Of a stretch of 64,000 nt of DNA, positions 9,772-17,568 are shown in pieces. The stretch is taken from positions 7,175 through 71,174 of IMG/VR virus record IMGVR_UViG_3300021181_000009; one strand, written 5' to 3'. Origin of the DNA: a virus. The notes beneath the pieces are model-generated. The model was not told the origin of the DNA and ran no database searches. It saw nothing but the letters and a program-made list of their open reading frames with translations. Both the position numbers and the translations under genes were made by a program. Position 1 is the first letter of the stretch, and each line of letters begins with the position of its first letter.

Positions 9772-10433
9772 AAATATATGAAATAGAAGCTGGTGACAGA
9801 AATCCTGTAACAGATGGTGCAGATGAAAAAATTATTGAACTTCTAACTACAGAATGTAGTGATGCTATTTCAGCTATGCAACAAGCAAAAACATTTTTGT
9901 ATAGAGGATTTAAAGATGCTGCTAATGTGCCAGAAGCGTTCCATGGCAGACCAAGAGAAGATAGACGAACATTACATTCTAATCCGAAAGTTCAAATTGC
10001 ATTTGATGAAAATATGAAAGTATATGGCTTTGCTACTAATAGATCAAATTCAATATTTTGCACTTCTGTAAAAAAGAGAACTAGTTTATATGGCTATCCG
10101 TATCTAATCTTTCCTAAGAATGGATTTAATTTTCTTTGGAGTCCTGACGTTCATGACCTATTTTCTGCGCCGCATATTGATAGTTGGGCTGAAACAATCC
10201 TGAAAACTTCGAACAAGGAAGCAGCAGCACAAGAGTTTGTTAGACGTTTCAAATATACTGATAATAACTTTGTTTCTGCATTAGAGAAGGGGAATGAAAT
10301 TATGGTAAGTGGTGAATATTATGCATTCTCTGCTAAGAATACAAGCGAGATATTCAAAAACCATTATGGTGATAAGATTAATTTTGAAACTATCCTTTCT
10401 GCAACATTTAAGATCCCGGTGCAGGGTGATTAA
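9768..10433 (+). CDS. Paralog 8 of 8, putative ADP-ribosyltransferase-fold protein
   Basis: MKIYEIE; FLYRG, RSNSIFCTS, NEIMVSGEYYAF. Confidence 0.6.
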   Translation: MKIYEIEAGDRNPVTDGADEKIIELLTTECSDAISAMQQAKTFLYRGFKDAANVPEAFHGRPREDRRTLHSNPKVQIAFDENMKVYGFATNRSNSIFCTSVKKRTSLYGYPYLIFPKNGFNFLWSPDVHDLFSAPHIDSWAETILKTSNKEAAAQEFVRRFKYTDNNFVSALEKGNEIMVSGEYYAFSAKNTSEIFKNHYGDKINFETILSATFKIPVQGD

Positions 10434-10507
10434 AGCTTCGTGACATTGATTCCGCATTTCTTTAAGAAGCCGATCCCAGATGTATCACGATAAACTTCGT
10501 CATAGAA
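10430..10507 (-). pseudogene. Relic or alternative C-terminus of a dCMP deaminase in the +1 frame
   Basis: Translates as FYDEVYRDTSGIGFLKKCGINVTKL*, a typical ComEB/dCMP deaminase tail. It begins just before the stop of the intact gene. Confidence 0.65.
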
Positions 10508-10928
10508 AAATGATTTCAATTCCCGCTTCTTTGAGCATTAAACTTGATCGTTTAAAACTCTCTTCCCAAGTTGGATTATTCGGCTTTTTAGTAAAAATTT
10601 GTTTTATGCCAGCCTGGATAAGCCCCCTAGCACAATCTGCACAAGGAAACATTGTTATGTATGCTGTTGCACCATCGACTTTTATGCCATGCCTAGCAGC
10701 ATGATACAACGCGTTTCGCTCTGCATGTTCAAACCAATAATATTTTTCTGGTCGTTGTTTTCTGTTTTCTGTCTCTTCTACTTTTCTAGGTATGCCATTG
10801 TATCCCGTTGATAATATCTGAAATGTGTTTGGGTCTATTAACAAGCAACCCACTTTAGTTGTATCCTTCGAAAATTTCTCAGCTACGTATTCTGCCATAT
10901 CGAAGTATTGTTTATTTTTATCTGTCAT
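10500..10928 (-). CDS. cd: dCMP deaminase
   Basis: KVGCLL, GYNG, and the zinc motifs HAERNA and PCADC. Confidence 0.93.
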   Translation of the reverse strand: MTDKNKQYFDMAEYVAEKFSKDTTKVGCLLIDPNTFQILSTGYNGIPRKVEETENRKQRPEKYYWFEHAERNALYHAARHGIKVDGATAYITMFPCADCARGLIQAGIKQIFTKKPNNPTWEESFKRSSLMLKEAGIEIIFL

Positions 10929-11994
10929 TAAGCTTCCTGTCTATTAAGTATTTTGCTTTAGCTTTAAATTCCATCGGTATTTCATTATCGAAAATTAAAA
11001 TCGCATTGCAACTATTTGCTTTTGTATCAATCAAAATTTTATTCTTTATATAATCTGACTTATCCTTAATCTCATATATATGATGTGTGTTAATATCAAT
11101 AAAATCTGGATAATATTTTCTAATTTTCCCTTCCCATTCATAATTGAATCCTTTATTGTTTCTGTTTATAGAATCAATTTTCCATAATATGAATGATAGC
11201 TCTAATTTAGAATCAAATTTTAAAATTTTATTTTGAATACGAACCCACCCGCGCTTGATTTCTCCGCGAGATTGCCTTTTTATTGATTTAACTGTTATTA
11301 TCTCCACATCGCTTGATATTTGCCCCCTAAGGATACTAACAGTATCGTCCCATAATATGGGATGACAATAATGATTTTTTAAATTTAATACATCGCTTAT
11401 AACATTTTTATGTAATCGTGACTTAGTATTATCAAATAATACTTTGTCAGTTGAGTTTTTAATCTTGTTTATCAATTGCGCTTTTTCTGAATCGTCTATT
11501 TTTTCTTTTTCTTTTCTTTTTCTGTCAATTGTTTTATTAAATTTGTCTAGCGCTTCTTCTTTATTTTTCTTTTTGTTGCTTTCTATGGATTGTTTTGAAA
11601 AATAATCCTCACCTAATTGATTTTTCTTTTCGTCAGCCCAAAGTTTCATTTTATTTGAATGATTTTCTCTATTTTGCGGATTTTCATAAAACTTTTTCTG
11701 ATTTTGTGTCTTTTGTTTTTTAGCATTAGCTTGACCCGCAGAGTTTTTCCTGGATATTGATTCATTTGTGTCAATAATTCTTTTAGAGCATTTCCTACAA
11801 ACAAATATCCCCGACACCTCTTTATCATATAATAAACGTTTAGATTCAAATCGTCTTATATAATCAGTATATTGTGTAGAAATAATTTTCCCGCATTCCG
11901 CACAGTGTGCGGAAATTCTGCATTGCATTGGACCACCTGATCTAACCGCAGCGGCGTTTATAAATTGAAAAGTAAGCATTTGTATATCCTTCAT
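10918..11994 (-). CDS. Free-standing PD-(D/E)XK (TnsA-like) endonuclease, probably a homing endonuclease
   Basis: N-terminal CxxC...CxxC, Lys-rich linker, C-terminal FDSKLE...YYPDF...IYEIK. Confidence 0.7.
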   Translation of the reverse strand: MKDIQMLTFQFINAAAVRSGGPMQCRISAHCAECGKIISTQYTDYIRRFESKRLLYDKEVSGIFVCRKCSKRIIDTNESISRKNSAGQANAKKQKTQNQKKFYENPQNRENHSNKMKLWADEKKNQLGEDYFSKQSIESNKKKNKEEALDKFNKTIDRKRKEKEKIDDSEKAQLINKIKNSTDKVLFDNTKSRLHKNVISDVLNLKNHYCHPILWDDTVSILRGQISSDVEIITVKSIKRQSRGEIKRGWVRIQNKILKFDSKLELSFILWKIDSINRNNKGFNYEWEGKIRKYYPDFIDINTHHIYEIKDKSDYIKNKILIDTKANSCNAILIFDNEIPMEFKAKAKYLIDRKLNDR

Positions 11995-12001
11995 ACATCT
12001 T

Positions 12002-12007
12002 TATTTA
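12002..12007 (-). promoter_or_regulatory. TAAATA late-promoter core 7 nt before ATG 11994
   Basis: Minus strand reads gaTAAATAaagatgtATG. Confidence 0.5.
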
Positions 12008-12041
12008 TCAGACTAGAAAGAGTTCCATTAAAATATCCTCG

Positions 12042-13535
12042 TCATAAAACTCTTACGTTATATTTTTGCTCAAACAATGCTGCATCTTGCAAGTCATTTA
12101 CCATCGGCATCCCACGGATGTTTAGTGATGTATTTAACAGCATCGGACATCCTGTCTTGGCATACCAAACTTCTAACAACTTTCTAACACCGCTCTTAGA
12201 ATTGATAGGAACAGTCTGAACGCGTGATGTGTTATCAGTATGCACGATAGCAGGAAACTGATTAGGAAATTTACATGGTGCGACTACTTGCATGTAATCA
12301 CTCTTATCCCAACCTTGTGGCATAATAAAATATTGATGCACATGTTCCTCAAGTATGATAGGAGCGAATGGCCTGAAGTTCTGTCTGCGCTTAATAGAAT
12401 TAACTTGATCTTTGATTTCTGGACCTCTCGGATCAGCTAACAAACTTCTATTGCCCAAAGCGCGTGGACCGAACTCTGCACAACCATTCGCTACCCCAAC
12501 AATCTTGTTTGTTTGAAGTTCACTAATTAGATCATCTACAGGATAAGGTCTATCGATATTATATCCTAGATAGGGTCCTTGCCAAGACATTTGTTTGCCA
12601 TAGTTCAATGCACATGCACCTAAGCTACTACCCGCATCGCCAGGATTCGGCATCACCCATATATTCTCAAAATAATTTCCTATTAATCTATTAGCTAAAC
12701 AATTCAATGCGACACCGCCCATGAATACTAAGTTATGCGATTTGCTTATTGTTGCTGCACGACTCATTACATTACAAATCAATGTCTCGGTTATATTTTG
12801 AACACTCGCAGCAACATCAATTTTATGGGTGTGATGATTCGAATCTAAAAATGTGGGATCGATTCCAATATGCAAATTTTCTTTAAATTTAATTTCGTAT
12901 TCGTTCGAGATATATTTGTTTTTGATTTCATCAACATACTTTGGCTCACCATATGCAGACATGCCCATCATAATGTATTCTTCATCCAATGGTTCTAGTC
13001 CGACATGCTTTGTAAATGCGCTATAGAACAATCCAATACTGTGTGGATACTTAGAAGACCAAAGCTTTTTATAAAATGCCTTTCCATTATAATCGTATTG
13101 TGCATGCCAAATCGTGATGCAATCAAACTCTCCGATTGCATCAATGACAACTACTGTAGCATGTTCGAAATTAGATGTTTGAAACCCTGCTGCTGCGTGC
13201 GACATATGGTGATCATAACTAACAAATGGGACTTTGTTTAAATTGAATTTCTTCAGTATTTCAGATGTTGGATTACTTCTGAATACGTTGTAGTTCTCTC
13301 CGCTACGAAGTTGTCTAAATTTTTTCTTTGTATGATTTTCATAGTAAGCAATCGTGTCCGGCTTACCGAAATTATCTATGGCATATGACAACATAGACTC
13401 GCTTAAATCTTTATCATGTTTCTTCTTTGAAAATCTCTCACTATGGGATGCAAATAGAATATTTTCATCTTGTGTGATTGTCAATGCTGAATCGTGAAAT
13501 CCAGTTCCACTAATGCCAAAAATTAATTTTGTCAT
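12042..13535 (-). CDS. O-carbamoyltransferase (NodU/CmcH/TobZ family)
   Basis: HDSA, HHMSHAA, VIDAIGE, GGVALNC, PGDAG, EFGPRALGNRS, FRPFAP and LLNTSLN motifs. Confidence 0.93.
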   Translation of the reverse strand: MTKLIFGISGTGFHDSALTITQDENILFASHSERFSKKKHDKDLSESMLSYAIDNFGKPDTIAYYENHTKKKFRQLRSGENYNVFRSNPTSEILKKFNLNKVPFVSYDHHMSHAAAGFQTSNFEHATVVVIDAIGEFDCITIWHAQYDYNGKAFYKKLWSSKYPHSIGLFYSAFTKHVGLEPLDEEYIMMGMSAYGEPKYVDEIKNKYISNEYEIKFKENLHIGIDPTFLDSNHHTHKIDVAASVQNITETLICNVMSRAATISKSHNLVFMGGVALNCLANRLIGNYFENIWVMPNPGDAGSSLGACALNYGKQMSWQGPYLGYNIDRPYPVDDLISELQTNKIVGVANGCAEFGPRALGNRSLLADPRGPEIKDQVNSIKRRQNFRPFAPIILEEHVHQYFIMPQGWDKSDYMQVVAPCKFPNQFPAIVHTDNTSRVQTVPINSKSGVRKLLEVWYAKTGCPMLLNTSLNIRGMPMVNDLQDAALFEQKYNVRVL

Positions 13536-14143
13536 AATAGTTTCTTCTCAATGTGAGTAATCAATTCGTTAGCAACGTCTGCTGTGCTGCCAAACTTCAC
13601 TGCCCCATTAGGAAATATAGTTTGATTCTTCAAATACATTTCCTTCATTACTGCTATGTTTTCTAATTTTGGATTATCATTTCTATACTTTTCTTCATGA
13701 TCATATGCTGTAAATGTAATTGTAGGAACATCATAACAACTAAAGAATTCAGCTAGACCGAAACAAGATGCATAGAATTGTGTTCCTAGATTTTCATCAT
13801 TCAAAAATTTTCTACCAAAATTTACTAGATCCTTCGTATGTGGGAATTCTTTATGGTGCTGGTCCAGGCTATCTAGATTCATTCCCATATATTGTTTTAA
13901 TTTGGGATCGAAATAAGTAAAAATGTTTCTAGTAGTTTCTTGTACTACACAAACATACTTATCATCAGGATGAATTCCTTTCAATCTAGTATATGTACTA
14001 TACGCTGTAGCTGAAATCAATGATTGTCCAGACTTTGCCTTAGCATAGTTTTCTACTATCCAATCTGATTTTTTGCTTTTAATAAGATCGACAATACCTG
14101 ACTGTTCTGTGTAGGCATCACCAAAAAATAGTATTCTATTCAT
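13532..14143 (-). CDS. Degenerate SGNH-like protein (GDA in place of GDS)
   Basis: ILFFGDAYT, NYAKAKSGQ, and CVVQET shared with the neighbouring SGNH-like paralogs. No block-V His. Confidence 0.5.
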   Translation of the reverse strand: MNRILFFGDAYTEQSGIVDLIKSKKSDWIVENYAKAKSGQSLISATAYSTYTRLKGIHPDDKYVCVVQETTRNIFTYFDPKLKQYMGMNLDSLDQHHKEFPHTKDLVNFGRKFLNDENLGTQFYASCFGLAEFFSCYDVPTITFTAYDHEEKYRNDNPKLENIAVMKEMYLKNQTIFPNGAVKFGSTADVANELITHIEKKLL

Positions 14144-14146
14144 AAT

Positions 14147-14251
14147 TTATTTGTAGATAAATGGGTCTCGTTCTTTCATCTTTTTAAGACGCTTGCGATA
14201 TAATACTTCTATTTTGAATTTTAACCACATTAGCTTAAACCAATTTTTCAT
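14147..14251 (-). CDS. 34-aa basic small protein ending RDPFIYK (SxtK/DUF5989-like ending), not in the ORF track
   Basis: MKNWFKLMWLKFKIEVLYRKRLKKMKERDPFIYK*. ATGA-coupled to the upstream gene and exactly fills the gap. Confidence 0.7.
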   Translation of the reverse strand: MKNWFKLMWLKFKIEVLYRKRLKKMKERDPFIYK

Positions 14252-15072
14252 AATATTTTCCTTTTTTGCATTTCTTCTACTAACCACTTTCCCATGACTT
14301 TGTGAGAGTCACAATTTACATGAAGGCCAGGCAGATAAAAATTCTTATTGCCATAATAGTCCTCTAACTTATAGACCATTGCTATAGGCATACAATACTT
14401 ATCATCAAAAAATACATCATGCATAAATGTCATATCCAAATTTGATTCACCTATCCTATGTTGATTATCCCACATAATAAAATGCATGAAATCTATATCG
14501 TTATTGCAGCAATAATTTTGAACCATTGCACTTTGCATGTAATAATCAAAATGTATTTGTGCTACTTTAGAGTATTTCAAATAGATATCTTTGATTTCAT
14601 ATGCTTCTAATTCATCATAGTAAGATTTCTCTAGTAACGGTAATACGTAACTTTTTAATCCGTTAATTGGTCTATTGTAAATACGATTTGGGTCTCTATC
14701 TTTTATCCAAATCCTATCTGGACTAGTGTCTTGCATAATGCATATAATTTTTTCAATTGGATGTTTTTTCTTTAGCGCAGACAATGTAGCAAGAGTTAGT
14801 TGTGCTATCTCTTGTTGTGATGCGCCGCCCATTCCTACATTTATTACTTCACAGCCTAAAATCTCTTTTAATGTTCCGCTATAAGAGAGATTGCGAGATT
14901 TTTCATCAATGTTACTATGTGCTCCTCTTCCGCCAACTGAGTTATTAAAAAATTCTTCAGAGATTTTTGTTCCTTCGTCATGTGTTTTCGCTTGACTATA
15001 ATAAGGAATGTGTATTTCTTCCCAAAGTTCCATCCCATGTGTGAATGAGCAACCAGAGCAAACAATAATCAC
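14248..15072 (-). CDS. SGNH/GDSL-like hydrolase or acyltransferase
   Basis: GCSFTHG, NVGMGGAS, LPGLHVNCDSH. Confidence 0.7.
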   Translation of the reverse strand: MIIVCSGCSFTHGMELWEEIHIPYYSQAKTHDEGTKISEEFFNNSVGGRGAHSNIDEKSRNLSYSGTLKEILGCEVINVGMGGASQQEIAQLTLATLSALKKKHPIEKIICIMQDTSPDRIWIKDRDPNRIYNRPINGLKSYVLPLLEKSYYDELEAYEIKDIYLKYSKVAQIHFDYYMQSAMVQNYCCNNDIDFMHFIMWDNQHRIGESNLDMTFMHDVFFDDKYCMPIAMVYKLEDYYGNKNFYLPGLHVNCDSHKVMGKWLVEEMQKRKIL

Positions 15073-15845
15073 ATCAAACCTCGTATTTTTAATTCTTCAA
15101 AAAGCAATTTTGCAATTATTTTTTGTGCTTCACAATTTACATGAAGGCCTGGCAATACAAAATTATCATGTTGATAATATTCTACTAGCATATTCGTCAT
15201 GTTATCGTTTACAGTGTGCTTAGGATCGAAATATAGTTTTTCTATCATCGATAGCTCTATAGTTTTAATCCAATAATCATCGCGTTTCCAATTTCGGAAC
15301 ATTTGAAAGTGCAAAAAATCTATATCATTGTTAGCACAAAAGTTTTTAACTGCAAGTCCTTGAAGGTAATATTCAGATAGAAGCATCTCAGTGGGTTGTT
15401 TAGTTAGATAGATGTTTTTTAATTCATACGCTTCTAATTTGTCACCAGGATAATACGAACTGAGGCTAACGATAGACATATTCAAATTTATTTTAAACTC
15501 GTCATACCAAATCCAGATTCGCTCTAGTTCAGTATCTTGCAGAATACACACAATTTTTTCGTTGGGAAATTCTTTTTTAACAGCAGCAAGTTTCTTTATA
15601 GTTTTTTGTGTGATAGACAATTCTGAGCAACCATCTTCACCAACATTCATCGCACGACAATTTAATAATTCACCCAATGCATGTGGCCAGGCTAATTTCA
15701 GTCTAGCTTCTTCTGTTTCTAATGTTTTCACTTTTGCATTAAATGCATCTTGTTGGGTTTTCAACTCAGTATAGCCAGGCACGTTCTTTTCTTCCCAAAG
15801 TTCCATGCCATGCGTAAATGAATCACCTGAACAAACTAGTATCAT
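15069..15845 (-). CDS. SGNH/GDSL-like hydrolase or acyltransferase
   Basis: GDSFTHG, NVGEDGCS, LPGLHVN. Confidence 0.7.
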   Translation of the reverse strand: MILVCSGDSFTHGMELWEEKNVPGYTELKTQQDAFNAKVKTLETEEARLKLAWPHALGELLNCRAMNVGEDGCSELSITQKTIKKLAAVKKEFPNEKIVCILQDTELERIWIWYDEFKINLNMSIVSLSSYYPGDKLEAYELKNIYLTKQPTEMLLSEYYLQGLAVKNFCANNDIDFLHFQMFRNWKRDDYWIKTIELSMIEKLYFDPKHTVNDNMTNMLVEYYQHDNFVLPGLHVNCEAQKIIAKLLFEELKIRGLM

Positions 15846-15861
15846 AATTTCCCTCTAACAT

Positions 15862-15869
15862 TATTTATA
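15862..15869 (-). promoter_or_regulatory. TATAAATA late promoter (exact T4 consensus)
   Basis: Minus strand reads TATAAATAatgttaGAGGGaaattATG. Confidence 0.7.
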
Positions 15870-15895
15870 TGGAATTATATCACCATATAATTCCA
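15870..15895. repeat. 11-bp inverted repeat between divergent promoters
   Basis: TGGAATTATAT-CACC-ATATAATTCCA. Confidence 0.75.
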
Positions 15896-15908
15896 AGTAT
15901 TATTGTAC

Positions 15909-15914
15909 TAAATA
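15909..15914 (+). promoter_or_regulatory. TAAATA late-promoter core for the 15995 gene
   Basis: Intergenic TAAATA upstream of an AAGGAG ribosome-binding site. Confidence 0.5.
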
Positions 15915-15994
15915 TTAATCCATACTTGCACAATGTAGGTATGTAATGATATTGAAGAAATCAAAAGTTTTACTAACATATAAAGGAGAAAATT

Positions 15995-16780
15995 ATGACA
16001 ACTTCAAACCTAGCAACAATTCTTACGGCAACCTTGCCTTCTGCAACCTCTACCACTCTCGGTGGTGTTTTAGTTGATTCAACTTCGTCTGGCTTACTTG
16101 CTATGACTGATGGGCATATTGCTGTAAAATATACAACCGGTCTTCAGATTGATAGCACTGGACATTTATACGTTGATTCAACACAATTCTTAACTGTATC
16201 AGCAGCATTTACTGAATATGCACAAATATCATCTTTGTCTAATTATTTGTTACTGACAGGAGGTGATGTTCAGAACCACCTTAGTGTTTTTGATAGTTCT
16301 GCCTCTGGTCACAATATTGAATTTAATTCAGGATCCGGTGGATCATTCTTAAGCTTCAATTCGCCTGAACCGTCGGTTGTGCCTGGGGGAATCATCTTTT
16401 CAGATAACACGACACAAACTACTGCATTTGTTCCTACAGCAATATATAACTTGAATGGAATTACTAGCAATCTTTCTACGATTGTTTCTGTTATTCCTAC
16501 CTCAGGATCTACCGTGTTCATTGCTGGAAACTGCCAAATCGTAGATTGTTCTACCATTACATATACTGGTACGATGCCATTATCGTTTCTTACACCGACG
16601 GTAGACGGACAATACATTGAGGTTGCAATCATTGATGGTCCAGGTGCATATAGTGCAAGTGGCTTAGCATTAGACGGTGTTACTCCGGTAACAGTTTTTT
16701 TGAATTTAGGGACTGGAGCCTATACCAATGGTGCATTCCGTTATGTAGATTCAACTAAAACTTGGTATCAAGTTTCATAA
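15995..16780 (+). CDS. Ser/Thr/Gly-rich fibre-like virion protein
   Basis: LPSATSTTLGGV (fibre-type LP.AT...LGGV repeat) and GGIIFSDNTTQTTAF motifs. Strong AAGGAG SD. Confidence 0.6.
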   Translation: MTTSNLATILTATLPSATSTTLGGVLVDSTSSGLLAMTDGHIAVKYTTGLQIDSTGHLYVDSTQFLTVSAAFTEYAQISSLSNYLLLTGGDVQNHLSVFDSSASGHNIEFNSGSGGSFLSFNSPEPSVVPGGIIFSDNTTQTTAFVPTAIYNLNGITSNLSTIVSVIPTSGSTVFIAGNCQIVDCSTITYTGTMPLSFLTPTVDGQYIEVAIIDGPGAYSASGLALDGVTPVTVFLNLGTGAYTNGAFRYVDSTKTWYQVS

Positions 16781-16784
16781 ATCG

Positions 16785-16824
16785 TTGAGAAAACGGGACA
16801 TTAAAGTATGTCCCGTTTTCTCAA
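16785..16824. terminator. Long hairpin between convergent genes, probably a bidirectional terminator
   Basis: TTGAGAAAACGGGACAT-TAAAGT-ATGTCCCGTTTTCTCAA, with 17-bp perfect arms. Confidence 0.7.
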
Positions 16825-17568
16825 TTCATCCATAAGCCAATAAGCTATTAATTTGTGAGAATCACAATTGAAGTGCATGCTTGGTAATAAAAATGTATCA
16901 TCATTAAAGTGCGAATACAATTTTTTATACATAGAATCTTTTATATGAAATTTTTCCAGTAACGCGTTTTGTTTTAATAAACGATGACTTGAGATAGTAT
17001 ATTCATGCTGCTTATCGACCATATCAAAATGTACAAAATTTATATTTTGTTTTGCACAATAATGATGTAGTGCCAAAATTTGAAGATAAAATTCTTGGTT
17101 TATGTAATCGTCTAATGAATATTTTAGTAGCGTTGATCTAATTTCTATCGCATCTGATAAATCAAATTTCGGGCTAAACTTTGTCATTATAAAACTATCA
17201 TTGCATTTTATTTTATCGTTCCAAATCCAAGTTCTATTAGAATTTGTATTCTGCAATATACATACAATTTTTTCATAATGATTATTTTCTCTTATTTTTG
17301 ATATAGCAATAATAGCTCTTTGTATAGAATCAATTTGAGAGCTACCTGATATGCCCAAATTAATTACGTTATATTTGCTGTCAGCCAGATAGTTAGTATA
17401 GCTCAATTTTTTCCTATCCTCATCACATATTTGATTTTCTAAATATGTTTTCTTTGATACTACTAATGCTTGCTTAGGATTTTTTATGTCAATATATCCA
17501 GGGACATTCTTCTCTTCCCAAAGCTCAGCACCTGCCGTAAAAGAATCCCCAGCACAAACAATAATCAT
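16801..17568 (-). CDS. SGNH/GDSL-like hydrolase or acyltransferase
   Basis: GDSFTAG, NLGISGSS, LPSMHFNCDSH. Confidence 0.7.
   Translation of the reverse strand: MIIVCAGDSFTAGAELWEEKNVPGYIDIKNPKQALVVSKKTYLENQICDEDRKKLSYTNYLADSKYNVINLGISGSSQIDSIQRAIIAISKIRENNHYEKIVCILQNTNSNRTWIWNDKIKCNDSFIMTKFSPKFDLSDAIEIRSTLLKYSLDDYINQEFYLQILALHHYCAKQNINFVHFDMVDKQHEYTISSHRLLKQNALLEKFHIKDSMYKKLYSHFNDDTFLLPSMHFNCDSHKLIAYWLMDELRKRDIL

Noticed and set aside
1997-10433. Diversity-generating retroelement or recent exact duplications behind the paralog array
   Set aside because: There is no reverse transcriptase and no template/variable repeat pair. The copies are highly diverged apart from short motifs.
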